From assembly GCA_963775685.1 (NCBI GenBank), contig CAVZJV010000011.1, forward strand, positions 1 through 64,000: a stretch of 64,000 bases of DNA, given 5' to 3'. The notes below the pieces were generated by a model, which was given only the letters and a program-made list of their open reading frames with translations, did no database searches and had not been told where the DNA came from. Below, piece by piece: positions 19,130 through 27,806 of this stretch. Origin of the DNA: Candidatus Bathyarchaeota archaeon (GTDB lineage: Archaea > Thermoproteota > Bathyarchaeia > Bathyarchaeales > Bathycorpusculaceae). A program made the position numbers and the translations under genes. How positions within the stretch are numbered: the stretch's first letter is position 1; every line of letters starts with the position of its first letter.

Positions 19130-19900
19130 TTGGCTGGAGTATTCATAGGCATCGGCGTTGGTCCAGGCGACCCAGAACTCATTACAATAAAAGCTGTAAA
19201 AGCCCTCAAAGCAGTAGATGTTATTTGTGTCCCAAAATCGCATGCAAAAAAACCCAGCATGGCACTTAGCATGGTTAAACAAATTCTTGCCGAACGCAAG
19301 AAACCAGCGGAGATTTTGGAACTTGTTTTTCCCATGACTAAAGACGAATTAAATAACCGCAAACTCTGGGTGGAAAACGCAGCCATAGTCGCTGCCAAAG
19401 CCAAAAAAAGCGCCGTTGCGTTCATCACCTTGGGCGACCCTATGCTTTACAGTACATTCCTCTACCTATACGAATGCGTTAAAGAAACTTATCCGGAAAT
19501 CGAGCTTGAAATAATACCTGGGATAACCTCAGTGACTGCAGCTGCAGCAAGCTCAAAATTGCCTTTAGCTGAGAAAGAAGAAGTTGTTACGATCATACCA
19601 TCTGACCTTGACCAAGCCCACATGGAAGACGCCGCTAAACACGCTGACAACTTAGTATTCATGAAATGCGCCTTCCACATTAAAGAATTCCTTCCGATTC
19701 TTTTGAAGTCGGGCTTTACCAAAAACTCAACTATTGCCATAGTCAAGCGTTGTACTTTGCCTGAAGAGAAAGTGCTCGTCGGCAAAATCGGTGACGTAGG
19801 CAGCTGGGATATAACGGAAGATTATTTCTCGGTCGCTATTGTTAAAAAAAGCCCAGTTCCTATTCACTGGAAACAAAACGGAAACGGAAGCAAAAAATGA
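19130..19900 (+). CDS. cbiL: Cobalt-precorrin-2 C20-methyltransferase
   Basis: GVGPGDPELITIKA, FPMTKD, FITLGDPMLYSTF. Confidence 0.92.
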   Translation: MAGVFIGIGVGPGDPELITIKAVKALKAVDVICVPKSHAKKPSMALSMVKQILAERKKPAEILELVFPMTKDELNNRKLWVENAAIVAAKAKKSAVAFITLGDPMLYSTFLYLYECVKETYPEIELEIIPGITSVTAAAASSKLPLAEKEEVVTIIPSDLDQAHMEDAAKHADNLVFMKCAFHIKEFLPILLKSGFTKNSTIAIVKRCTLPEEKVLVGKIGDVGSWDITEDYFSVAIVKKSPVPIHWKQNGNGSKK

Positions 19901-20670
19901 ACAAAGTTATCTTCATAGGGGCAGGTCCAGGCGACCCAGAACTTATCACGCTTAAAGGCAAGAAATGGCTCGAACAAGCTGACGTTGTTATCTATGCTGG
20001 AAGTCTCCTAAACCCAGAATATCTAAAATACTGCAAAAAAGACGTAGAACTGCATGACAGCGCAAAGATGAGTCTGCCCCAGGTCCAAAAAGTCATCGCT
20101 GAGGGAGTTAGGGCTGGAAAACTTGTTGCTCGTGTTCATGATGGCGACCCAAGCTTCTATGGAGCCATCCAGGAAGTGATGACTTTTCTAGACAAAGAAG
20201 GAATTGAATACTTCCGTATTCCAGGCGTAAGCTGCCTCTTAGGCGGCGCTGCAGCGTTAAACCGAGAATTAACTCTACCAAACATCTCTCAAACCGTCAT
20301 AATCACGCGTCCCGAAGGAAGAACCCCGGTGCCTGAAGCCGAAAGCATCCGCAAACTAGCGGTTCATCAAGCAACAATGGTTATTTTCCTTGGTACACCC
20401 CACATCACCCGCGTTGTGGACGACCTTCAGAAGGGCGGTTACCCTAAAGACACACCCTGCCAAGTAGTTTACAAGGCAACATGGCCAGAACAGAAAATCG
20501 TCAAAGGCACATTAGCCGACATCGTTGCAAAAGTCAAGGCTGAAGGCATAACAGAGACGGCGCTAATTTTCGTGGGCAAAGTCCTTAATCCCCAAGCTTA
20601 CGATCTATCCAAGCTCTATGATCCCAAGTTCACCACAGGGTTCCGTAAAGGCGAGAGTGATGTATGCTAA
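19897..20670 (+). CDS. cbiF: Cobalt-precorrin-4 C11-methyltransferase
   Basis: GAGPGDPELIT, YAGSL, RVHDGDPSFYGAI, SQTVIITR, SKLYD. Confidence 0.95.
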   Translation: MNKVIFIGAGPGDPELITLKGKKWLEQADVVIYAGSLLNPEYLKYCKKDVELHDSAKMSLPQVQKVIAEGVRAGKLVARVHDGDPSFYGAIQEVMTFLDKEGIEYFRIPGVSCLLGGAAALNRELTLPNISQTVIITRPEGRTPVPEAESIRKLAVHQATMVIFLGTPHITRVVDDLQKGGYPKDTPCQVVYKATWPEQKIVKGTLADIVAKVKAEGITETALIFVGKVLNPQAYDLSKLYDPKFTTGFRKGESDVC

Positions 20671-21745
20671 GGGCATATCTGTAGTGGCGATTACAAGGGT
20701 TGGTGTAGAGACCGCGCTGAAAATCAAAGAAGCCCTCGATAAAGCTGAATTATCCTCGACCGTATATGCCCCGAAAAAATACTGTCAAAACGGCGTTGTC
20801 CCCTTAGAGAAAAAACTAGGGGACTTCATCAAAGATACTTACAGCACGGTGGACGCTTTGGTTGCTGTAATGGCAACAGGTATAACTATCCGTGCGGTTG
20901 CACCGCTTCTGGAAAGCAAACTAACTGACCCCGCAGTAGTCGGAGTTGACGCCACAGGTAAATTCGTCATAAGCTTGTTATCGGGCCATTTTGGAGGCGC
21001 AAACGAGCTCTCAAGAACCATAGCCAAAGGCATAGGTGCAACACCAGTAATCACCACCGCTTCAGACGCTACCGGAAAAATGAGTGTTGATGAAATCGCT
21101 AAAGTTATGCATTTGACTATACAAAACCCCGAAAGCCTCGTTGCAGTTAACGCTGGTATAGTGAATGGCGACCATATAATAATCGTCTTGAACGGCAATA
21201 TAAAAATTCCCATGAACGCAATTAGCTGTTTCGAGATTAAGAAAGCGGAAAACGGCGTGCAAGCAATAGAAATCATCAACTGCTATGATGCAGGGGTAAT
21301 CATCACCGATGAACCCCTAACAATCGACAAGTTCGTTAAGCCTTTCACGATACTTAAAACTAAAATCATAGTTGTGGGGTTGGGAGCAAGAAAAGACTCA
21401 ACCGCCGAGAGCATAATTCAAGCAGTGGACGCTTCGCTGGAGCAATTAAAAATCCTCTCGTCTAGCGTTGATTGTTTCGCAACAGTGGACATCAAACGCA
21501 ACTCTAAACCCATGGTAGAAGCAGTGGAGCGATTGGGTGCGCCACTTGAGTTTTTAAGTGTCGATGCACTTCGTTCAGTAAGTTATAATGATCTTTCACC
21601 TGACTCAGCGATGGTTCAGGAAAAAATCGGTGTTGGAGGAGTATGCGAACGAGCAGCCTTATTGACAGCGGGAAAAAACTCGAAACTACTACTGAAAAAG
21701 ACCAAGCTAAACGGGGTTACAGTGGCAATAGCCGAGGGCGAATAA
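20660..21745 (+). CDS. cbiG: Cobalt-precorrin-5A hydrolase
   Basis: MATGITIR, DPAVV, ISLLSGHFGGAN, VITTASD, GVCERAAL, VTVAIA; start set at ATG 20660. Confidence 0.93.
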   Translation: MYAKGISVVAITRVGVETALKIKEALDKAELSSTVYAPKKYCQNGVVPLEKKLGDFIKDTYSTVDALVAVMATGITIRAVAPLLESKLTDPAVVGVDATGKFVISLLSGHFGGANELSRTIAKGIGATPVITTASDATGKMSVDEIAKVMHLTIQNPESLVAVNAGIVNGDHIIIVLNGNIKIPMNAISCFEIKKAENGVQAIEIINCYDAGVIITDEPLTIDKFVKPFTILKTKIIVVGLGARKDSTAESIIQAVDASLEQLKILSSSVDCFATVDIKRNSKPMVEAVERLGAPLEFLSVDALRSVSYNDLSPDSAMVQEKIGVGGVCERAALLTAGKNSKLLLKKTKLNGVTVAIAEGE

Positions 21746-22473
21746 GCGTCGTAGGTATTGGTCCAGGCAGCCTTGAACATTTGACGCCTAAAGCTCGAAG
21801 CGAAATAGAAGCTGCAGACGTAGTCGTCGGCTACGGAACTTACATTAAACTAATTCAATCCATAATCAGAAAAGACGCCGAAGTTGCTTCTGGAACAATG
21901 GGCAAAGAAGTTGAACGCGCCAAAATAGCCGTTGAAAAAGCTGCAGAGGGCAAACGTGTTGTTATGGTCAGCAGCGGCGACCCAGGAGTCTACGGTATGG
22001 CAGGTATAGTTTTAGAAGTGGCGGCTTTGGAAAAAAACTCAGTGCCAGTTGAAATTGTTCCTGGCGTAACCGCAGCCACAGCAGCATCAGCAATCCTAGG
22101 TGCACCACTGGTTAGCGACTTTGCGGTCATCAGTCTAAGCGACCTTTTGACGCCTTGGGAAAAAATTGAGCGTAGATTGAAATCTGCGGCGTCGGCTGAT
22201 TTTTCGATTGTTCTTTATAACCCGCAGAGTCAAGGCAGAATTGAACCTTTGGCGAAAGCTTACGAGATTATGCTCAAGCACATCGACCCCAAAACGCCTG
22301 TGGGCATTGTTCGGCAAGCTGGACGGGAAGGCGAGCAATACGTCGTTACCACTCTTAAGGACATGCTAAACTGCGACATCGACATGGTCACCACCATAGT
22401 TGTCGGCAACTCGGCCACCAAAGTGGTTAACGGCAAGATGGTTACGGCTCGAGGCTACAACCTCTCAACCTAA
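21742..22473 (+). CDS. cbiH: Cobalt-precorrin-3B C17-methyltransferase (start uncertain: ATA 21742 or ATG 21643)
   Basis: VVGIGPG, SSGDPGVYGMA, ISLSDLLTPW, LYNP, DMVTTIVVGN. Confidence 0.92.
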   Translation: MSVVGIGPGSLEHLTPKARSEIEAADVVVGYGTYIKLIQSIIRKDAEVASGTMGKEVERAKIAVEKAAEGKRVVMVSSGDPGVYGMAGIVLEVAALEKNSVPVEIVPGVTAATAASAILGAPLVSDFAVISLSDLLTPWEKIERRLKSAASADFSIVLYNPQSQGRIEPLAKAYEIMLKHIDPKTPVGIVRQAGREGEQYVVTTLKDMLNCDIDMVTTIVVGNSATKVVNGKMVTARGYNLST

Positions 22474-23380
22474 CTTTTTCTGTAAAGAACATAAATCCCC
22501 AAAACCATCAACAAACTCGCAAACGCCTGAACTACTGTTATGGGTTCTCTTAGAATTTACAAGAGCAAAGACCGCCCCAAACAACGCAGAAGTCGAATAG
22601 ATTGTGCTCGTTTTGATTGAGCCAATCTCTTTTAAGCCCACCATAAAGAAAAGAATCGAAAAACCAATGCTAAAGGCGCCCACCGACAGCAGATATGGAA
22701 ACGCTGAAAGGGGAACATAGAAGTCCAGCCCAAGCACAAAAGCCAACAACAAAAGGCAACCCCCTCCAATAAGGCATTTCAGAGAGGTAACCAAAATCAA
22801 ATCTTCCTTAACGCAAAGAAATTTGTTCAGGTTGTTATCAACGCCCCAAAACAGGCATGCACCCAAAATCATCAGGTTACCCAAAAGGGCTGTTTGGAGT
22901 GAAAGGATGTTGAACTGGGCGTTGGTTGCTAAGAAAACGGCTCCCACCGCCAGAAGCGCTACTCCTATCCATTCTTTTCTGTTGCAGTATTCTTTAAGGA
23001 AAGTTAGTGCAATCAGGACAGTGAACAGTACCTCGGCGTTTTGCAGAAAGGAAGCGTTAACGGCGGTGGTTTGGTTTAGCCCGTTTAGGAACAAAAAAGG
23101 CGCTATAACGGAGCCAGAGAGTACAACTAAACCCAGCACGGCTATGTCTTTTCTGCAGAATTTGGGTTCTGTTTGGGAAGGTGTTTTGAGGAGTTTCGTG
23201 ACGCGGTGGCGAAGAGGCGAGAACCTAACCGCTGCCAAAGGGAGCCCCGCGAAAAGGTAGATTAAGGCTGCAGCAACCGTAGGGTTAACCTCAGCTAAAA
23301 CCAGCTTGTTTAGGGTAGTTCCTATACCCAGATAGGATTGCAGAAACAACGGCGCCAACGTAGCCCCAGTGATGAGTCAT
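22470..23380 (-). CDS. EamA/DMT-family transporter, with two +1 frameshifts (near 23330 and 22558)
   Basis: Multi-TM DMT repeat (GACLFWGVDNN); corrected ends read MTHHWGYVGAVVSAIL... and ...LVILREPITVVQAFASLLMVLGIYVLYRKS*. Confidence 0.85.
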
Positions 23381-23407
23381 GCCTAACTTGCCTGAGACAT
23401 ATTTTTA

Positions 23408-24259
23408 CTATGCTGTATTTTTCTCTTGAAGTAGTCGCACTATTTCTTTTCTGGCTTCACTAATCGTTAATGGCAACTCAGTGCCTATGGGCAAGTTATC
23501 TTTGTCTCGGAGTACCTCAAAGAGGTGGGTAAGCCTTGGCGAGCGCAGGTTTACTTGGCGGATGAGGTCTCCGTTCGAGAAAGAATCTTTCGGAGTGCCC
23601 TCTGAGACAAGTTTGCCTCGGTTTAACACATACATTTTGGTGGCAAAAAGAGGCACCATGTCAACGTCGTGGGTTGCCAGTAGCAGGGTTATTCCTTTTT
23701 CTTTGTTTAGTTGCAGGAGCAAATGCAATATTTCGCTGGTTGCCCTTGGATCAAGATTGGATGTGGGTTCGTCCATAATGATAACTTCGGGCTGCATCGC
23801 TAAGACTCCTGCTAGAGCAACACGTTTTTTCTGTCCCAGACTCAAAAAATGCGGGGGCTTCTCAGCGAGTTCACTGACGCCCACAGTTTTTAAGGCTTCA
23901 TCAACGATAACTTTGACTCTCTCCGCGCCGTACCCAAGGTTAAGGGGTCCAAACGCAACGTCTTGTTTAACGGTGGGCGCAAAGAGCTGGTCGTTTGGGT
24001 CTTGGAAAACAAATCCTACACGTTTACGGAGTTCCAAAAGTGATTTTGAATCGTATTGGAGGGGTTTGCCGTCGAATAAGATTTTGCCCGAGGTAGGCTT
24101 TAAGATGCCGTTTAGGTGGTTTAGCAGGGTGGTTTTGCCTGAGCCGTTGGTGCCAAGCAGCGCGATGCGTTCGGCTCTCTCAAAGCTCAACGAAACGTTA
24201 TCTAATGCAAGGGTTCCATCCGAGTATTCGTGGACCAAGTTTTCTATCTTAAATATCAT
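23408..24259 (-). CDS. cbiO: Cobalt ECF transporter ATPase
   Basis: GTNGSGKTT, FQDPNDQLFAPTV, LSLGQKKRVA, DEPT. Confidence 0.93.
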   Translation of the reverse strand: MIFKIENLVHEYSDGTLALDNVSLSFERAERIALLGTNGSGKTTLLNHLNGILKPTSGKILFDGKPLQYDSKSLLELRKRVGFVFQDPNDQLFAPTVKQDVAFGPLNLGYGAERVKVIVDEALKTVGVSELAEKPPHFLSLGQKKRVALAGVLAMQPEVIIMDEPTSNLDPRATSEILHLLLQLNKEKGITLLLATHDVDMVPLFATKMYVLNRGKLVSEGTPKDSFSNGDLIRQVNLRSPRLTHLFEVLRDKDNLPIGTELPLTISEARKEIVRLLQEKNTA

Positions 24260-24263
24260 GCAT

Positions 24264-26060
24264 CTACAAACTCCATATCTGAATAATGTTTAACGCGATT
24301 AAGGCAAGCGAAATATCGAACACAACAATACCCAGCAGGACAGCTTTGCTGGGTTTAGGCTGGTCTTCCAGCACCCGAATGTTGCCGTCGTAGCCTCTGG
24401 CACTCATTGCAGTGAAGGTGCGTTCGCCCTGCTCTAGGGTTCTGATAAAGAGGTTAGCTGCCAAAAGAGAAGTTGAACGTATTCGTCTTAGCCAACCCGA
24501 TTGTCCAAGCCGAAGCTGCTGTGCGATGTTCATTTTTGAGGCGACTTCCATAAAGACGAAAATGTATCGGTAGATTAGCAAGCTGATTTCTATGAGTACC
24601 TTGGGAATGTGGATTTTTCTGAGGCTGATAAAAAGGTCCGTCATGGATGTGGTGAGGACTAAGAAGAACATAGCAGAGACTGCGCCGACAACTCTAAAGA
24701 ACGTGGTGAATGCAATTGTTAAGCCGTTGCTGTAGATTGTCCATTTGAACCATGGAAAGGCAATTTGCAAAAGCGGTGTGCCGTTACCAAAGAACAATGC
24801 GATAAAAACGCAGCTTACCGCAGCAAATATGAGGGGATAGATGAAGAGGTCAAAGTAGAATCGCCCCGGAATCTCGGCTACCAAAATAATCAACACTAAA
24901 GAGATTATGAATACGGTTATTGGAACAACCGGTGAGGGTGATAGGACGCTAAGTATGAGCATGGATGCGGCAAAGAGGATTTTTGTTGTGGGACTTGTCT
25001 TTGCCAACGCGTTGGTGTAGGCATAACTGTCGATTTGCCCCGACAGGTGGCTGTGTCCTTCGTTGCGGCTATGACGGTGTCCCTTGTGCTGGTTTCGCAA
25101 AGATGGATTTTTGGTTTGGTTTCGCCGCGTCCGCACAACTATGTACGCGATTATAGAAGCGCCAATTAAGGCTTGCAAAGCAAAAAGAGGAGTTTCCAAC
25201 CAGTCAGGCAGAGTTAAGACTGGGTTAAACCAGGGCTTGTATCCGGTCTGGCTGATTATGTTTGCCGCTGCATCATCTGTCCCAGCCATGTTTGTGGAGA
25301 CAAAAACTAGCGGCGTAATAAAAAGTACCAATAATACGGTGATTAAGATTGTATAGTGTTTCTTTTTGAATTGGGATTCCTTCTCTGCGATGCCAGCAAT
25401 CGGGATTTTGATAACTTTTAGGGACTGTTAGGATTTGGCTTTTGTATTTAATGAGGAACTCAAAGATGAAAACGGCAAGGATGCCTTCGGCGATTGCAAG
25501 CGGTATTTGTGTGACTGCGAATATGCCGGCAAACTGCAGAAACGCTTGTGTGAAGCCTGTTGCAGGGAAAGCCAGAGCCAACTGGAATGAGGTTGTGATA
25601 TAGGTGAAGAAGGTCGCTTAAGGCTACGGCAAGAAATACGGCTGCTTGAGTTGGTGCACGAATTTTTTTGCATAAAATCCATGTTAACGTATGCAACTGC
25701 TGGTCCAACGATTCCCATGGAGAATACGTTTGCTCCCAATGTCGTTATGCCGCCATGGGCGAGAAGAGTGGCTTGGAAAATCAGGGCAATCATTGAGAGG
25801 ACGGAGGCTATGGCTGGTCCGAAAACCACTGCTGCTAGACCTGAGCCTGTGGGGTGGCTGCTGCTTCCGAAGACTGAGGGTAATTTTAGAGCTGAGACGA
25901 CGAAAATGAATGCTCCCATGAGGGCGAGGAGTGGTTTTGCTTCGGGGTTTTTTCTTGCGATTTTGGAGAGGCTGTATATTCCGTAGGCAACGATGGGAAT
26001 CATGATTGCCCACCAGATTTCCCACCATGGGTGGGGTAGGAAGCCTTCCATTATGTGCAT
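24264..26060 (-). CDS. cbiMNQ: Cobalt ECF transporter: apparent CbiM-CbiN-CbiQ fusion interrupted by three +1 insertions
   Basis: MHIMEGFLP start, [27 protein letters not shown] (CbiM); AGTDDAA...GYKPWF...LFALQA (CbiN); YRYIF, AMSARGY (CbiQ); continuous after correction. Confidence 0.8.
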
Positions 26061-26111
26061 TGTTTTGTGTCCTCAGGATGGGTTAGTTAATGTGAAGGCT
26101 TATTAACTTTC

Positions 26112-26129
26112 GTTTAACTAAAGTTAAAC
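26112..26129. promoter_or_regulatory. Perfect 8-2-8 palindrome GTTTAACT-AA-AGTTAAAC in the divergent cbiM/regulator gap
   Basis: Directly visible; ends just before the regulator GTG (26131) and lies about 50 nt from the cbiM start. Confidence 0.6.
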
Positions 26130-26130
26130 T

Positions 26131-26991
26131 GTGGTTGAATTGAAAGTGCCCAAACAAACCAGCATCATTCTACGAGACAAAAGTGAATTCACCAAATTCC
26201 AAATCATCCTCGAGATTATGCGTAACCAACCCCACATTAAACAAAAAGACATTAGCGATAAAATAGGCATAACAATCCAGGCTATCTCAAAATACTTCAA
26301 AACACTAAGCAAAGAAGGCTTGCTCGAAACAGGCTCCGAACGTGCCGATTATCGCTTGACACCGAAAGCAATCTTCAAACTGCGTGAAGATATACGCAAC
26401 CTGGAAAACTATGTCATCGAGGTGAAGCGTGACCTAAAAATTGAACGTGCCTGGCCCGCAATTGCCACCTATCCAATTAATGCAGGGCAAGAGATCGGCT
26501 TAATCATGAAAGAAGGCGTAATGTATGCCGTACCCCCTGATAGCGCTCTTTCTCAAGCCAAGGGAAAAGCTCTTGCCGACGCTAAATCTGGGGAAGATTT
26601 AGGTCTTAGAGAGTTGCATGGGAAGATCCATGTTAAACAAGGAAAAATTCTAATCGTAAAGTTGCCCAGTATACGAAAGGGAGGTTCAAGAAGTACAGAC
26701 TTGGCAAAAGTTCAAGTTCTTTTTGATGAATTCAAACCGGACCGAGTTGGCGTTATGGGTGCTGTCGGGCGAGCAGTTTTAAACAAGCTGGAGCTTGCAG
26801 CAGACATAGAGTTTGGAATCAGCCGGTCAGCTGCGATCGCTGCGTCACGTGGATTGAACGTTTTAGTTCTGGTGGTTGGTAGAATGGTTAATCGGATGAT
26901 ACAGGAAATTGATCAAATCAACATGAAAACAGCTGGTAACATTATATACGAAGTCAAAGATGCACAAATCAATAAACAGAATCATCCCTAA
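26131..26991 (+). CDS. Winged-helix (MarR-like, COG1497-type) transcriptional regulator
   Basis: TKFQIILEIMRNQPHIKQKDISDKIGITIQAIS HTH plus a C-terminal domain; divergent from cbiM. Confidence 0.8.
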   Translation: MVELKVPKQTSIILRDKSEFTKFQIILEIMRNQPHIKQKDISDKIGITIQAISKYFKTLSKEGLLETGSERADYRLTPKAIFKLREDIRNLENYVIEVKRDLKIERAWPAIATYPINAGQEIGLIMKEGVMYAVPPDSALSQAKGKALADAKSGEDLGLRELHGKIHVKQGKILIVKLPSIRKGGSRSTDLAKVQVLFDEFKPDRVGVMGAVGRAVLNKLELAADIEFGISRSAAIAASRGLNVLVLVVGRMVNRMIQEIDQINMKTAGNIIYEVKDAQINKQNHP

Positions 26992-27086
26992 AGAGCAAAA
27001 TTTTCATACAAATCGTTACCTTTCACTTTATCTTTTTTTTAACTAAAAAAGGGGATAGGTTGGTGGATAACCAACAATGTGTTTTT

Positions 27087-27668
27087 TTAAGTAGTCGTGA
27101 AAGTCGAATCGGGGATTGTTGGGTTTATTACGACATTGAACAGTACGATCCCTTGTCCAGTTGGGTCAGTGTAAGAGTAGTCTCCGCTTCCAGACCAGTG
27201 TCCTGGTGTAAGCTCGTCCACATAGCTGAACCATTGCTGGCTCCAAGCTGTCCAATCAGCAACGAAGTCTCCTTCTGTCCATGTGGCGCCGTTGTCGGTG
27301 CTGCTCCATGATTTTTCTTGTGTGCTGTCCAAAATTATGCTATAACCAGGTAAGTCAGTGCGGATTACTGGAGTAGTGTGAATGTCTTTGCCTGCCCAGT
27401 TGTACGTTACTGTTTCTCCTTGACTTGTTATGTTAGCGCTAAATGTCAAAGTTGATGCGTCTCCAACAGTCAACGTCGGATTAGGTGTGGTGGTGGGATT
27501 TGTTGTTCCCCCGCCTCTGCCACCATAAAGTACGTATACTGATGCACCGGCGATAATTATCACGATAACTAAAACTGCGACTATAATGTACATAGTGTTT
27601 TTCTTCAATTGTATCACCGAATTTTTCTGAACTATGTTTGATTCAAAGCAAATATAAGCTTTTTCCAA
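27087..27668 (-). CDS. Membrane-anchored extracellular protein
   Basis: Single N-terminal TM, Thr/Pro linker and beta-rich domain; true start is probably the TTG of LKKNTM after GGTGA. Confidence 0.7.
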   Translation of the reverse strand: MEKAYICFESNIVQKNSVIQLKKNTMYIIVAVLVIVIIIAGASVYVLYGGRGGGTTNPTTTPNPTLTVGDASTLTFSANITSQGETVTYNWAGKDIHTTPVIRTDLPGYSIILDSTQEKSWSSTDNGATWTEGDFVADWTAWSQQWFSYVDELTPGHWSGSGDYSYTDPTGQGIVLFNVVINPTIPDSTFTTT

Positions 27669-27806
27669 GCGCTAAAATGTCTGGCTTCAGATAGGCAAAT
27701 CCCCATTTTCCTTACTTCTTAATGCAGGACAAGTGTCATTGTGGAAAAACAAAGGCTCCTGAAAGTTGCTTTACACAATAGGCTAAGCCTTTTCCTAACA
27801 AATAAC

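Noticed and set aside
8282-24293. Long antisense ORFs in the track (e.g. 8841-9506, 16690-17238, 23481-24293)
   Set aside because: Shadow frames of well-supported genes with no motifs of their own
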